From NCBI GenBank assembly GCA_951406725.2, contig OX597818.1, forward strand, positions 111,042,001 to 111,106,000: a stretch of DNA of 64,000 nt, written 5' to 3'. This document shows, in pieces, positions 41,401 to 56,400 of this stretch (position 1 is the first letter of the stretch; every line of letters starts with the position of its first letter). The position numbers were made by a program, and so were the translations under genes. The DNA comes from Octopus vulgaris (Eukaryota). The notes beneath the pieces are model-generated. The model was not told the origin of the DNA. It saw only the letters and a program-made list of their open reading frames with translations, and did no database searches.

Positions 41401-44400
41401 AAAAAAACAATCTTCACAGTGGTTGGACCAAAATGAAGCACCAAAAACCTTCCCTAAACCCGAGCTCTTCAAAAGGAAGGTTATGGTGACTGTTTAATGG
41501 TGTACTGCTGGACTCATCCACTATAACTTCATAAAACAGGGAAAAACCATTACTGTAGGAACATATTGTCATGAAATTGCCAAAATGAATGAAAAACTGC
41601 CACTGCTCCAGCTGAATTAGGTGATCAGAAGCTGGCCAATCAGAAGAGGGCAATGCTTGACCACATGTTTCACTAATGACACTCCATAAGTTGAGAGAAC
41701 TTGGCTACGAAGTTTTTCCATACCCAGCTTATTCCCCATACCTTTTTCCTACTGACTACCACTTTTTCAAACACCTTCAAGGTTTCCTTCAAGAGAAGGA
41801 GTACAAAAATTAAACAGATGCTGAAAGTTCGCTCAAAAAAGTTCATCGGCTCCAGAACTCCAGATTTTTATGTTACCAGAACAAACAAACTTGTAACTCG
41901 TTGGCTAAAATGTGTTGATTGTAATAGTACTTTGATGAATAAAATTTCTGCACTGTTGAGATATATTATGAAGAGTTTCATATTTCAAAACGTTTCTTAC
42001 TTTTCAACTCTGCTTGATATTTTGGACTGGTTTCGACTCTTCAATGAAATGAAACATTACCTGACTCAGAGAAACACTACAGAAAAAAACAACTAAATCT
42101 TTTCTCTATATATGCTAAATTCCAGTAAAGAGCTGAAATCATTGACTGATGGGGGATATTGCCTACCTTGAGAAGTGATGCACAAAAGGGATGTAGCATA
42201 ATACTACAAGGCATTTCTTCTTGCACAGTCAACTGATTTTGATACTTCTTTCTTAAAAAATATTCTACGCAGTCACTAAAAGATAGTAACAAAATCTCTC
42301 TTAAATCTTGCAAAAAAACTAAAAGGTGTGGCTGTGTGGTAAGTCTATTAGTTTACATTTGAAAGGAGGAATGGGTATTTCTCCTACCAACCACAAACTC
42401 TACCTCTGCCTATCACCTGAAATGTTATTTCTTGTTTTATGAAAAGATGAAAAAGCTATGTTGACGTCAGCACGATTCTGAAATTCAGAAATTCAAGAAA
42501 GGTGTTATGTTATTTGATGGCTCAGCTAAATCTTCATCAATTATCAGCATCATCATTATCACTTAAAGTCTATTTTCCATGCTGGTATGGGTTGGACAGT
42601 CTGACAGGAACTGACCAGGCTCCATTCCTCTATTTTTGAATGGTTTCTACTGCTGGATGTGCTTGCTAACACAAACCACTTTATAGAGTGTACTGGATGC
42701 TTTTACACAGCACCACCATGGGTGTGTATACATGCCACTAGATTTGGTGGATTTTGTATGGCACCAGCCCCCATGAGTCTCCAAGATTATGAATGCTCAG
42801 CTAGAAAAGGATGCTGCAAGTATGCCTGTATGTAAGGACAGCTACACCTCTACTTAGCCTGACGTGTCATGTCAAGCACAGCAAACCATCAGGAGTCCCA
42901 AATTCTGTCCTGTCACTCCCTCTGTGAGACCCCCCCCCCATCTGAAGATCCTCTCTCACCACTTCATCCTACATCTTCCTGGGTCTACTCCTTCTACTTT
43001 AAAAGTGTTTAAAATAAGTTTTTCAGAAGAGGTGAGTTAGTTTCCATTTTAATTTGATAGCGCTGTTTGTTGCTTGACCTCAACATCTGAAGAAAAAAAA
43101 ATGGTTGGAGAGGGAACTGTTGATTTGGTCTAAATGCATGAAAGTGAGAGAATTCGCACAAAAGTCACCCAAGAAGTAGATAGTAGAACTGGGTGGCATG
43201 TAAAATGTGTTCCCAGTTTCCTGATAAACAATGGATTTGATCAAAACCCAACAGCTGGTCATCTTATGAAGGAAAACATAGTTTTAACATCCACATTTTA
43301 TAGCTTTCATGGGTTTGGCAGAATTCATTAATGTAGTATTTTTATAGTGTAAGGATTTAATGTGTTTCTTTGGTCTTTAGACTTCATGGAAAAACAATTG
43401 GAGCTAAACAACAATATCTGTAATAGTAACAACAATAGCCACAAAAATAACAATCAGAGCCTCTGCTGGTGCTAATGCTGCTGTTGCTGCAACTGGTTGT
43501 GGCGGTGCTGCTGCTACCACACTTTGTCTCCATGCATTTTATAAAAGGAATACCCACAACAATTCACCTTCACAAGCAAAACATTGCTAAATCTAAAAAT
43601 TGTCCATTAAGGGCTCTGGTTTTATGTGATAAAACAGATGAGAGATAAGTCGTGGTTAGGATGCTTGTCTCTTTCTACTCACATTAACAGAGGATCTACT
43701 AACTTATTTCCAACAGCTACACAAACTCAATATGCTGCCTCATACAAAATAAATAAATAATAAGAACTCACTGTTGTATATCCATAATATTTTCTTGCCA
43801 CATCCCTGCAAAAGAAATAAAGGGACATACATCATCTTGACTATCATCATTAACATCATCATCATCATCATTTATATATATCTAGACAAAGAAAAACATC
43901 ATAAGATTATAATATTTTGTACAACTTCATCTTGAGACATGAATTCTCTCTTAATATTGGAACCTACATTTGGACTTCATTTCAGTTGGTACTTATTTAA
44001 TCAACCCTGAAACGAAGGAAGGCAAAGGTGAGATGAAAACTCAGAACGTGAAGATGGACAAAATGCCGCTAAGCACTTTGCCTGACATAGTAACGATTCT
44101 GCCATCTCACCACCATAGCAAACACAGAAATATTGAACTGATGTCACTACTGGCCTTACTAATTCCATTATTGGTAAGACGTATATGTCCTGATTCTTTC
44201 ATTCTCATGAGTTTCCCACTTTAGAATTATGGAATCTTCATTCTATAGCATTATGTTAATTCATTTCTCACTCCATATGTATTAAAATGCTTATTCTATC
44301 ATTAAGGCTTTTCAATATTCTTCCATCCCAAACTTTAGAACCTCGCAGTGTTTCATGTACAAGGCCCTCCATAAATGCATGGCATGTTATAAATGCAGTT

Positions 44401-47400
44401 TTAATGTTCCAAATGAAACAATGCAGATGGAGATGCATAAAAAAACATTTTCATCTCAAAAGATGAAGTTAATAATCTGAAAAACTTATAATCACATCTG
44501 CAATAACTCATCTCAAACATTTACATATTTAAGAAACATTATTCTCAAATTAAAAATACAGCCTTTCTCATTTACAAAACAAACAGCCAAAGAAACAAAG
44601 AAATACAGAAAACATGTTACTGTGAATTTGTTTAGTTCTGTAGAGTGTTAGAGTAATGAAGAATGAGGCCAGACTGGAGTTTATATTCTAGTGGTCCTTG
44701 TGGTGTAAATGGACACCATACAGATTCATGAACCAAAGCTACATAGAAATCATAAGAGGATCACACCCTCAACATGTCTGAGGTGTAGAATAACACTTGG
44801 GGCATTTGCTTGCTCATTTTCATATGCATAACAATTTGTCTCCTCATAAAATATTATCAATTAAGCACCAAAGATAACCTTGGCAGCATGTAGAGTCCAC
44901 TGACTTTGGCTGTTGTTGTACATCATAACAACATATTCCCAAAGATGATCATGTCTCTGAAGACTGGTCCTTAGGATTCACTTTAGTCATATTCCTGACA
45001 ATAGCATCTGGCTACACCAGCATTCTAGGCATGACTTTTGAATTGGCAAAGAAGAAAAGAGATTAAATGGGTTTTTTTTTTGTTAGAACATAAAGTATAG
45101 CAATTGAGAGGTGAAAACCATTTTCACTAACCAGCTTTGGCTATTTAAACTCTTTGGCATTTCAAAGGGTTATATCCGGCCCAAATGTTCCACCTACTTT
45201 ATGTTCAAAATAGCCACATCTGTCTTAACCTTCATAAAAGAGGATCACACCCTCAACAGGTCTGAAGTGTAGAATCCCACTTGGGTCATTTGCTTGCTCA
45301 TTTCAATATGCATAACAATTTGTCTCCTCATAAAATATAACCTTTGCAGCATGTAGAGTCCACTGAATTTGGCTGTTGTTGTACATCATTATAACGTATT
45401 CTCAAAGATGGTCATGTCTCTGAAGACTGGTCCTTAGGATTCACTTTAGCCATATTCCTGACAACAGCATAAGGCTACACTAGCAGTCTAGGTATGACTT
45501 TTTGTAATGAGAGAATCCTGAACAAATGATGGTAGGTGGACTAATTGATTGCAATAAGTAAGAACTGAGTGAACTGTCAGGGTGTTGTTGATGGTGTTGG
45601 TTCAACTGTATTTGTTTACTGTGTTAGTTTGATATGCGTTAGTTTAACAGTCCATAGATACTGAGTATCATACCCACTTTTGAGTAGTATGGAGTGTATT
45701 CTATGTTAACATGTATTTCTATGTTATTTTTAGATATGTTAATATAATATATATATCTTATTTTTAGATAACCACAACCACCTATTTATTCTGTGTAATA
45801 CCATTTTACACCGGATGTGTATACTCACATCATAACGTTTTTGACAATGAACTATCCGAAGCTCATGCGGGACTGATTTTTACTTGAATATGGAAGGTTT
45901 ACTAGTTATGACAATTCAATTACAGAAACAACAGCAGCAGTCGTTAGAATTTCAGAAGCAACAGCAACTGTTAGTACAACTGATACAGAAGAAAACAGAA
46001 AATACATTTAGTTCATTCACCCCTGATACTGTCACAAACTCAATAGAAGATTTCACATATATCTCAGAGGAGGACACTACCCTCTCTGCTTACTTTAGAA
46101 GGCATGCAGAAATTTTTAGAGAAGAATACTGCAACTGGCAAGACAAGAAAAAAACTCAACTTTTGTTGAGAAAGTTGGCACCAGCTAAGTATGAGATATA
46201 CTACAATTACATATTACCAAAGAAACCAGTTGAAGTCTGTTTTAAAGAAATGGTGAATATTCTATCAAAGATTTTCAGCAAGAAAAAAGCTCTTTATTTA
46301 ATATGCACTGACAATGTATGAATATTTAAAAAAAAAAAAGGATGATGATTTTATTATATATACTGGAATTATTAATAAGGTATGTGAGAGATTTAAAATT
46401 AATGAACTAAAACCAGATATGTTTAAATACTTGAGAACTACACTACAGATTCGACTGTCCTTCTAAAGATTGAAAATGCTTCAAGTGTGGTATAAGATAG
46501 GTCATAAAAAATCACACTGTAAAACGAAACCTAGAAAACGGTTCAACAAGAAAAATCATGTAAACAGTTTATTAGTGACAAGAAATACAAATGAAACTCA
46601 TAGGAAATTTGTGTATGCAAAAATTAATAATACAAATGTAAAACTATAGTTAGATACAGGTAGTGACATTAATTAATGAAAACACATGGAAAACAATTGG
46701 CACACCTACACTACAGAAAACCTCAAAGATTGCATGTGGAGTCTCGGAGATTAAATTAATTTTTACAGGTGAAATTATCTGTAATGTTACATTTTGCAGT
46801 AAGACTATAAAAGTGAAAGCTTATGTGTTAAAAAATACAAGCAACCTTTTTGGAACTGTTTGACTTATGAGGTTTACCCATAAATAATTTTTGTAAAAAT
46901 GTAATGAGGTTGTGTGCCAGTTCAAATACAGAGTCATAAAATTTAAAAAAAGAAGAGGAAAGGTTGTTCCCTGATGTTTTTTTTAGATGAAATGAGTTGG
47001 TGCAATAAATTTAAAGCAAAATTTCATGTAAAAGAAAATTCATTACCAGTATTTAAACCTAAACATAATGTACTGTTTGCAGCATTGGAACAAGTAGATA
47101 AGGAATTAGACAGACTGGAGAAAATGGGAGTGATTGAAAAGGTCAACTATTCAGATTGGGTGTCCCTAACAGTGTATGTAAACAAGAAGAACAATGAAAT
47201 TTGTGTATGTGCAGATTTCTTGATGAGACTAAATGAATGTTCAAGACAGTATAACTACTCATTACCTAGCCCAGAAGAAAACTAAATGGTGGTAAATTAT
47301 TCTCAAAATTAGATCTTTCTCATTCTTACTTACAAATACAACTGGAACATGAATGTACCAAACTTCTCACATTAAATACCCATAAAGGTCTATACAAATT

Positions 47401-50400
47401 TAACTGGCTCCTGTTTAGCATAAAAGTTGCTCTAGCTATATTCCAACAAGTGATTGATGCGATGCTAGTAGAGTGTGACTTTGGGATGACCCACCTGGAC
47501 AATATATTGATTAAAAGTGAATCTTGTGATCAGCATGTTGAGCATGTGAAATGTGTTTTTGAAAAAGTAAAAGATTATGGTTTCAAAATGGGTGAGGAGA
47601 GATGCAAATTTTCTTGCCTAAAATTAAGAACTTAGGACAAATTATTGATAAAAATTTGTCAAGGGCAGATATGATGAAAAATATGCCCCCTTCAACAAAT
47701 ATATCTACCTTAGAAGATTTTTGGGGGACTTGCAAACTATTATCAGCTTTATATAACAAATATGCACAAGGTAGGAGCTCCACTAGATAATTTACTAAAA
47801 AAGTTGTAAAGTAGAATTGTTCTGAAAATTGTCAGGTGTTTGAAGAAATTAAAAAGATATTGATGTCAGATTTGTTTTTAGCACATTTTTATCCTGCATT
47901 GGAAATTGTATTAGCTTCAGATGCCAGTGAGTATGGTATTGGAGCAGTAATTCTACATAAATACGAGGATGGGTAACATGAAGACCGTGGGCAATGCCAC
48001 ATGTTCTTTACTACAAGCAGAGAAAATTTACAGCCAAATCAAAAAAGAGGTTCTAGTGATTATTTTCGCTGTAAAAAAATTTCAAAGACTTTTAACACAG
48101 TAAAAACTTTCATCTACAGACTGATCATCATCCATTATTATCTACATATGGGTTGAAGAAAAGAATCCCAACCCTTACTGCTAGTAGGTTGCAATGCTGG
48201 GGTGTTATATTACTAAATTATGATTTTAAGATGGGGTTTATACCATCTAAGAAATTAGGGTACGCTGATTGGTTTGTTAAGATTGATACCAAAAATTACT
48301 TAACCACATGATTGCAGCATTGCATGCAGGAAAAGAAATTAAAAATGTTTTATGTAATGTTGTATGAGAATTACCAGATACTTTAGAAGAAATCAAACTA
48401 AAAGCAGAGAATGATGAATTTATTTAAAAAATTACAAGAACTCTGAATGCTGAAAAAAGAAATAAAATTATGCACTTTGCAGAATGCAACATGAATTTGA
48501 ACCTGCTCTCAATTTGTGACAATGTGCTAATGTATACACAAAGTGTGGTAGTGCTGGTCACACTATAAAAACAAATACTAAAGGAATTTCACATTGGTCA
48601 TTTGGGGATTTCAAGAATGAAATCATTGATGAGAATCTATGTGTACTGGTCAAGAATGGACTGAGAGATTGGAGAATCACTGAAAGCATGCAGAGGCTGT
48701 GCTCTAGCTGCAAAATCACCTACCACGAAATGGCAACTGTGGCCAAAAACAGATATTCCATGGTCCAGACTGCATGTTGATTTCACAGATCCACTTAACG
48801 ATTCACATTACCTTGTTGTGATAGACAGTTTTTCTAAGTGGCCTGAAGTACATAAATGTAAGAAATCAACATCCTCAGTTACAGTAAGCTTTTTACACAA
48901 ATTGTTTGTTTCTTGATACAATTGTATGTGATAATGGAACTGAGTTTACTGCAGTTGAGTTCAAAAAATTCTGTAAAATGTCCTCTATCAAACGTGACCA
49001 GTCTGCCATATCATCTTGTTGTGATAGACAGACAAGCAGAGCATTTTGTCGATACATTTAAGAGGGCTTTAAAGAAAGTGATTAACAAAATAATGGATGA
49101 CCTAGTACTTCAACAGTTTTTAAGGGTATATCAGGTGACATCAGATCCTGATGCCTCTCTAGAATGTCACCTGTAGAATTAATGTTCACTAGGAAAATTA
49201 GATCAGTGTTCAACAAATTCTTACTGAGTGAAAAAAAAAAGAGAAATATTGGACAACAAATATAATACAAAATTTTTCAAAATTAGTGACAACGTTTTCT
49301 TTAAAATGTATAAAAACAGTAAAGAAATGTGGGAAGACAGGGTGATTGCTAATCAGATTGCGAAAGTGTTATTTTTGATAAAAGGTCACAACTACAAACA
49401 TAAGTGACATATAAATCAATTAAAAAGAAAATTCACTGAGGAAACGGTCACAAGAAACGAAATTCCAGTGGAAATCTTTCGTGATACATTTAATGAACCA
49501 GCACCTACACAAATTGTGGAAGCTACATGTTCAAGTATAAGGAAAAGAAAACGAACAGATGTACTTGAAACAGACCCTAAATGCAAAAGATATTAAGCTC
49601 TGAGCAGAACTAAATTCTCAAAATGGGAAGATGTTAAGGGAGAATCCTCAATATCCCCACATGACTGAAGGCGGACTAACCAATAACAATAAATAAGAAC
49701 TGAGTGAACTATCAGGATGTAGTTGACAGTGTTAGTTTGACGTGTGTTGGTTTAACAGTCCATAGTTGAAAAATGAATACTGAGTATCATACCTACTTTT
49801 GAGCAGTATGGAGTGCAATTTGTGTTATCATATATTTCTGCAATAAGATATTTTTAGATAACCACAACTATTTATTTCATGCAAAACCACTCTACAAGGA
49901 GGGGAGCTGGCAGAAACATTAGCAAACTGTGCGAAATGCTTAGTGGTATTTTGTCTGTCTTTACGTTCTGAGTTCAAATTCTGCCAAGGTTGACTTTGCC
50001 TTTCATCAATAAATCAAGTACCAGTTGCATACTGGAGTTGATCTAATCGACTGGCCCACCCCAACCCCAAAAGTTTCAGGCCTTGTACCTAGAGTAGAAA
50101 AGAATACCCTTTTACACCAGATGTGTATACTCATGTCAGACACTTTTGGGTTTGCAGATAAAAAAGAGGGTGTTTTTTAGTTAGAACATGAAGAAAATAT
50201 TGTAATTGAGAGATGAAAACCATTTTAACTAACCAGTTCTGGTTTTTTAACTCTTTGGTATTTAAAGCAGTTATATCCAGTCCCAATGTTCCACCTGCTT
50301 TATGTTGAAAACAACCGCAGCTGGCCTCTCACACCTACCCTACAATCTCATTGTACAAATAGACAATCATCTCACGAAATTCTCAATGCTACAAGATAAA

Positions 50401-53400
50401 CCATGATCAATTCAAAATGATGTGAATAAAGAAGCTTGCATTTCCCAGAGTAATCTCATTGCTAAACGGTTGGTCATTGTATATTTTTGTAGTATTATAA
50501 TATTTAATGATGCATATTTTTATATCCTTGTAGAGTGTATTATTTTCAAAATACAACTCATTAGAATTTAAAGATAAGGATCAGTCCTCAGCCCCTTCTT
50601 GTTCATCATACTCTTCCAGGTAATATCAGTGGAATTTAAGTCGATCAGGCCCTGGGAGTTCCTCTATGTTGATGATCTTGTCTTAATAGCAGAAGCATTG
50701 CCAGAACTTGACAAAAAAAATTCAGGTATGAAAGCAAGGTTTGCAATCAAAAAACCTAAGAGTTAATTTAGCATAAACTAAAGTCTGAGTAAGTAGGAAA
50801 GCAGACAAATCACATATTCTTTCAGGTAGATGGACCTGCTTGATATATAGAAAAGGCATAGGTAGAAACTCCTTAAAGTGTACCTGCTGCAAGCCATGGA
50901 CACATAAGAGGTATGGCTATATCAGAAGATGGTTAACAGACAAAAAAGTCTTTGTGTATGGCAGATGTATAAGTACAATAAGCACTAGAACTGTACAGAA
51001 AATGGATTCCATTAAATGCCAAAGGAGGAGGGGGTACCCAGAAGTAGTTGATTGTTTTCATTATCTAGGTGATAGAGTCAGTAGTGGAGGTGGGTGCTCC
51101 AAGAGCATAGCTGCTAGAATATGCTGGGCAAAGTTAAGAGAGCTTCTATCTTTGTTGGTAACTAAGGACCTCTGCCTCAGAGTGAAAGGCAGATTGTATG
51201 ATGCCTGTGTGCAAACAACCATGCAACACAGCAGTGAAACATAGACTGTCACTGAAGAGGACATGTGAAGGCTTGAAAGAAATGAAGCCATTATACTTTG
51301 CTGGATGTGCAATGCATGTGTGCATGCATGACAGTGTAAGAGTCTTGAAAGTAAAATTGGGCAGAAGAGGCATCAGATGTGGTGTGCAAGATAGACAATT
51401 GCACTAGTATAATCATGTTATGTGTACAGATGAAGACAGCTGCATAAAGAAGTGCAAATCTCTAACTGTGGAGAAACCCTTGGAATATGTAAACCCAGGA
51501 ACACAAGGCACGAGGTGGTGAAGCATGATCTTCAAATGCTGGGTCTCACAGAAGCAATGACCTTTGGCAAGACCTTTGGCAATTTGCTGTGCTTCAGAAG
51601 GCTTCACAGTTGTGGCCAGAACTAGTGACATGTAAAAACACCCATGCAAATGACACATAAAAGCACCTATGTCCTTGGTCTACCCCTAAGTCTCTTGCCA
51701 ATCGGCATGGTTAGAAGAATGCATCTTGTGATTCTTTCTTGCAATATGCTAATCTAGTACCAGAGAGGAAACGGTTCAAGACACAGAAGTAGAAGTTCAA
51801 CCTAGAGAGACTCCCTGCTCTCTAAGCTATGCATCCTGTCAAGTAACATTACTCTAGAAACCTTTTCATACACTGTGGCATGAAAAGAGGCAGCAGAGAC
51901 AGTAAAAACCTCCAATGCTAAGTCATAGGAGGACTCTGGGGTTAATCTGGACTCTGATTTCAGGTTGACCAATAAAGTATTCTGGCAGAATATCTCCTCA
52001 CTTTATAACAAGAAGCCCTCTTCCACCGTTGACGTTAAGAATTCAGCTGGAATTCTTCTCTCAAAAAAAGAAAAGTATTCTTTGGGTTGGAAGAGAATAC
52101 ATAAAGGATCTTCTCTATCTGATCCGTATAAGATCTTCTGGTTGACATGAGGTACATCTAGGGCCAAAGGCTAACCTCACAGAGATAATTAAAGCACTCA
52201 AGTGTGCCAAGGCAGCTGAAGTGGATGAAATTTCACCTGAGATGTTAAGAAAATTAAAAAGAGAAGATATTCTCTGGTTGATTTGTGTATAGCAGGTGGC
52301 TTGGACTTCTGAAAAGACACCAAAACAATGGCAATTTGAGGTGATGATCTCAATTTTGAAAAAGGGAGAGAAAACTGAAGGAAACAAATGTTTGGACTAG
52401 GAATTCCTTGCTTTGTATATGTATTATTCCTTGTTTCTGTTCTGGGTTGTTAAATGACAAGGACTTATTCAAATTGAATACTGAAATTAAATAAATTTAG
52501 TTATTTCTCACATCAACATTGTCATGGATACTTTTACTATTTTCTACATATACCTTTATACTGGTTTCAAAGTTTGGCACAAGGCCAGCAACTTTCTGAG
52601 AAGGCTACATCAATTACAATGATCCCAGTGCTCAACTGTTACTTATCCTATCAAACATGAAAGGATGAAAGGCAAAGTCAACCTTCGCTGAAATTTGAAC
52701 TCAGAATGTAAAAATGGATGAAATGCGACTAAGCACTATGATTCTCCCAGTTCTTCATTTTACATATATCTTTATATTGTTATTACATTTATACATCACA
52801 ATCTCCTCCTTTCCTTTTACAGTAAAAATCCAATTTAAACAATATGTAATTTAAATATTTACATAGTTCTTTCTTTCTGTACCTCTCGAGGACTGAACAG
52901 CTGAATGAAAAACATGTCATAATCCTGCAAATATTCAAAATGAAAGCATATATTTAGACTTTATAATAAACTGAATGTTTTAACATATGTAGTTCTATTT
53001 TACCATGTAATTGACTCTTCAATCAAACTGGATATTGCCTCACTTCCTGAAGCAATTGGTTGTTTTGGTTCTCTACATCCACAGCAACATCAAATTTCTA
53101 AAGGAATAATAAAATTAAATACGAGTCCAATACAAGAAACAAACAAAGACTTTCTCTTTCATTAGTTTCAATATCAAAGCTGCAGTGGGTACTTTTACCT
53201 CCACAAATTCAACAACTTTCCTTGTGTTATCAAGCTTCAGTAAATTGTAAACATTAAACTAGTATATCAAAATCTTGTATACCATCAAGTCTCTTCCTCT
53301 TAATGCTGTACCAAATTACCAATATTCGAAAGAGGTTTAGAATTCCAAAACAAAGTAGAGAAGCAAAATAAGTTTGGAGAAGAGAATAAATATAATTTCT

Positions 53401-56400
53401 ATTTCTTAATAGAAAAAGGCCCTCACAGAAGGCAGCATATAATCATATCATTTGTTCAATTAAAGCAAGTAAATTGTTATCAACTATCATCTTTGAAATG
53501 GCATCACCTAGTATTAAGTTCCTCAATTTCAGACAATGATCCAAAAGAAAGTCAATACTTTTATGATTTTTTTTATAGGTTTGTCAGATGAGGCAAGTTA
53601 GTTTCCATATTTTGGTAGCTCTGCCTCAGACTTGTAACAATTTCAGTGTATGATGTTCAACCTGAATATGTGAATGTAAACAATAATTGGAGAAGAGGAA
53701 CTGCTATAAATTTCTTATATGAATAGTCTGATGAAACAGTGTCCCTGACACCCTTGTTTCAGACAACAGAACGCTGTTGCAATGTATTTGTTTATCCATA
53801 AGCATATAAGTTTCCATGATATTTTCACAACCTTGTAAATTTTGAGTTGTAAGAATCTCAGTGTAAGATGTTCAACCTGAGTATCTGAAGTTAAAAAATA
53901 ATCGGTGGAGAGGAACTGCTGATTTGGTCCGAATGCATGAAAGTGAGGGAATTCTCAATAAGGTCACCCAAGAACCAATCTTTTAATATTTTGGTAGAAA
54001 ACAAGAGAAACCTCAGCCATGACATCTCTAGTTAGAAACACATCAGAAAGAACAGGTGACTTAGATGAAACTGCACCTTGTTATATACCGTAATATTACA
54101 TGTACGCTAATGATATTGTTTTCCTTATTTCTCATCTATAATATAATATAAGATGGAACATGTGTGCATGCATATGTGACTGACCGTTAGGTTGATCCCA
54201 CATAAAATCAATACATTTCATCCGATTTCGTTCACTTATGTTCCACAGATGATTCTACACTCCTTAGATTTTTCTCTTATGGAGTAATATGGAGTAATGG
54301 GGCATCTAGGGTCAGAAGGTCAGAAAACCCTGTTACGGTGACTATTGTGGACAAGGGAGATAGCTCTTTGTGAAGTAATGGTCAGAAACTGATTGTCTCC
54401 CTTACACTGAAAGGTGTGTGTGTGTGTGTGTGTGTCGCCTCATTCTCAGAGAAATATCCTACAATATCCACAAACTCAAACAGTACATTGCAGACAATGA
54501 GATTCTTCTCAATTCTAATCAAACTGACATGTACAATTTTGTCCTCAGAAACATGTACACACACACTGGTAAAAGCATCTTCTTAGATGCACCCGGTGAA
54601 ACTGGAAAAACATTCCTTCTGAATCTTCTTGTTGTGAAGTTGCGGCATAATAGTGACCTTGCTATTGCTGTTGCCTCCTCAGGAACAGCACATTCTGCCT
54701 TCAAATTGCCTTTCAATGTAGCACATCAAGAAAACCCAATGTGCCACATAATGCATTCCTTGGACAAAGCAACAGTTTTTAAAATATGCAAACTCATTGT
54801 TTGGGATGAAACAAATATGTCCCATAAATGTTTCCTACAAGCACTTCATACCACAATGAGAGACCTTAGATCAAACAACAACATCCTTGGAGGTGTGACT
54901 CTATATCTTGCAAGAGATTTTCGACAAACTCTACCTATCATTATACTCAAAGGAACACCTGCTGATGAACTTAATGCTTGCCTTAAAAAAAACCCTCCTT
55001 TGGATGCATGTTCAATCGAAACAACTCGTCATCAACCTGAGATCACTCCTACAGACTGGTCAGCCGACATTCCACAACAAAATACAAGGTCAGTTGCTGA
55101 AAGTTGTTGGATTGGACCTTCGAACATTGTACTTTTCACATGGACAGTTCTATGTCAGTTGATCCAGAGTTGGCCATCCAGACAACTTATTCATCTATGC
55201 TCCTGAAGGAAAAACAAAGAATGACACCAACAAAGCAGCCCTACAGTAGCTATTCATCTACTACATTCTTCACATCTATGCTAAACTGTAGCCATTAGCA
55301 ATCAGACTTTCTGCAAGCATTTCATTGATATTTTACTTCATATCCCTAATTGTTGTTAACAGTACATTGCCTTCAATGACCCTTCTAACCTCAAGCATGC
55401 TGTTCAATCATAAGCATGCTCTGACATTTATTTCTGTACATGCCATTATCCTATTTGTGTGTTTGATATAAATGTTTGTTTTTTTTCTTTATCATACATG
55501 ACTTTCATTGAAAAAAAGTTTCAATACAATTGTGTCAGGTATTACAAGAAAAATAAGTACATGATACAAAATGCTTCAAGTAAGATATAGGGTGCTTAAT
55601 GCCTACTGCAATTGCGATCTCATTTCATGGATTTTCATTTATTATTAACTGCCAAATTTGTATTCAAAAAAATCTGTTTATTACCTAAGTTTCTTAATAC
55701 CATGTCATAAGCTGCTAATGAAAATGGTAATTATACATTATACACTTATCAACTTGAAACTACTTCTAACTGTGAGCTAATTCAACTTAAACATAACTCT
55801 GTCTCTTTATATGTACACTGGCTGACATACTTGGTAATTCCCAGGAAAGTGGGGCTTATCCCTTGGTTTCGTTCTCATAATTGTTTCGCTAATTCAATAA
55901 CAACAATACAAAGTATGTAGCCCTTAAAATGGTTTTTGTGCATTTACAGAGAATACTAAACTGTCTTACAAAGGATCTTGTTTTTAGGAATTCTCAATAA
56001 GTTATGAATACCTAACTTGTGAAATCAGTTACATAATAACATGAAATTAAGTTACCCAGTAGTAAGAATTCAAATAAAGAGCTTTAATGCATTCTCAGAG
56101 TATATAGAACATAGGAAGAAATACCAAGGTATGTATACTAAAATCGTGAAGCATGTTATGTAATAACAGGTTTATTGGATATGAGATAATAACAATTCAA
56201 AGTACATAACTCTGAAATGGGCTGTTTCCTCAGGGGTGCTAGTGTTGATATATTCATGAATAAGTCACTAACTGAAATAAGTGGATCTATTGTTTCGGAA
56301 AATACTATTTACTTGTTTAAGAGTTGTACTGGATAAATTGCGAAAATAACTCTAACAGTTCAAATACTAAGAAATAAGCATACTCAATTTGATTTATACC

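Noticed and set aside
54418-55206. Cellular PIF1 helicase gene
   Set aside because: Internally deleted and frameshifted, starts in a TG microsatellite, and sits behind a Helitron-type 5' end in a unit-specific insertion.
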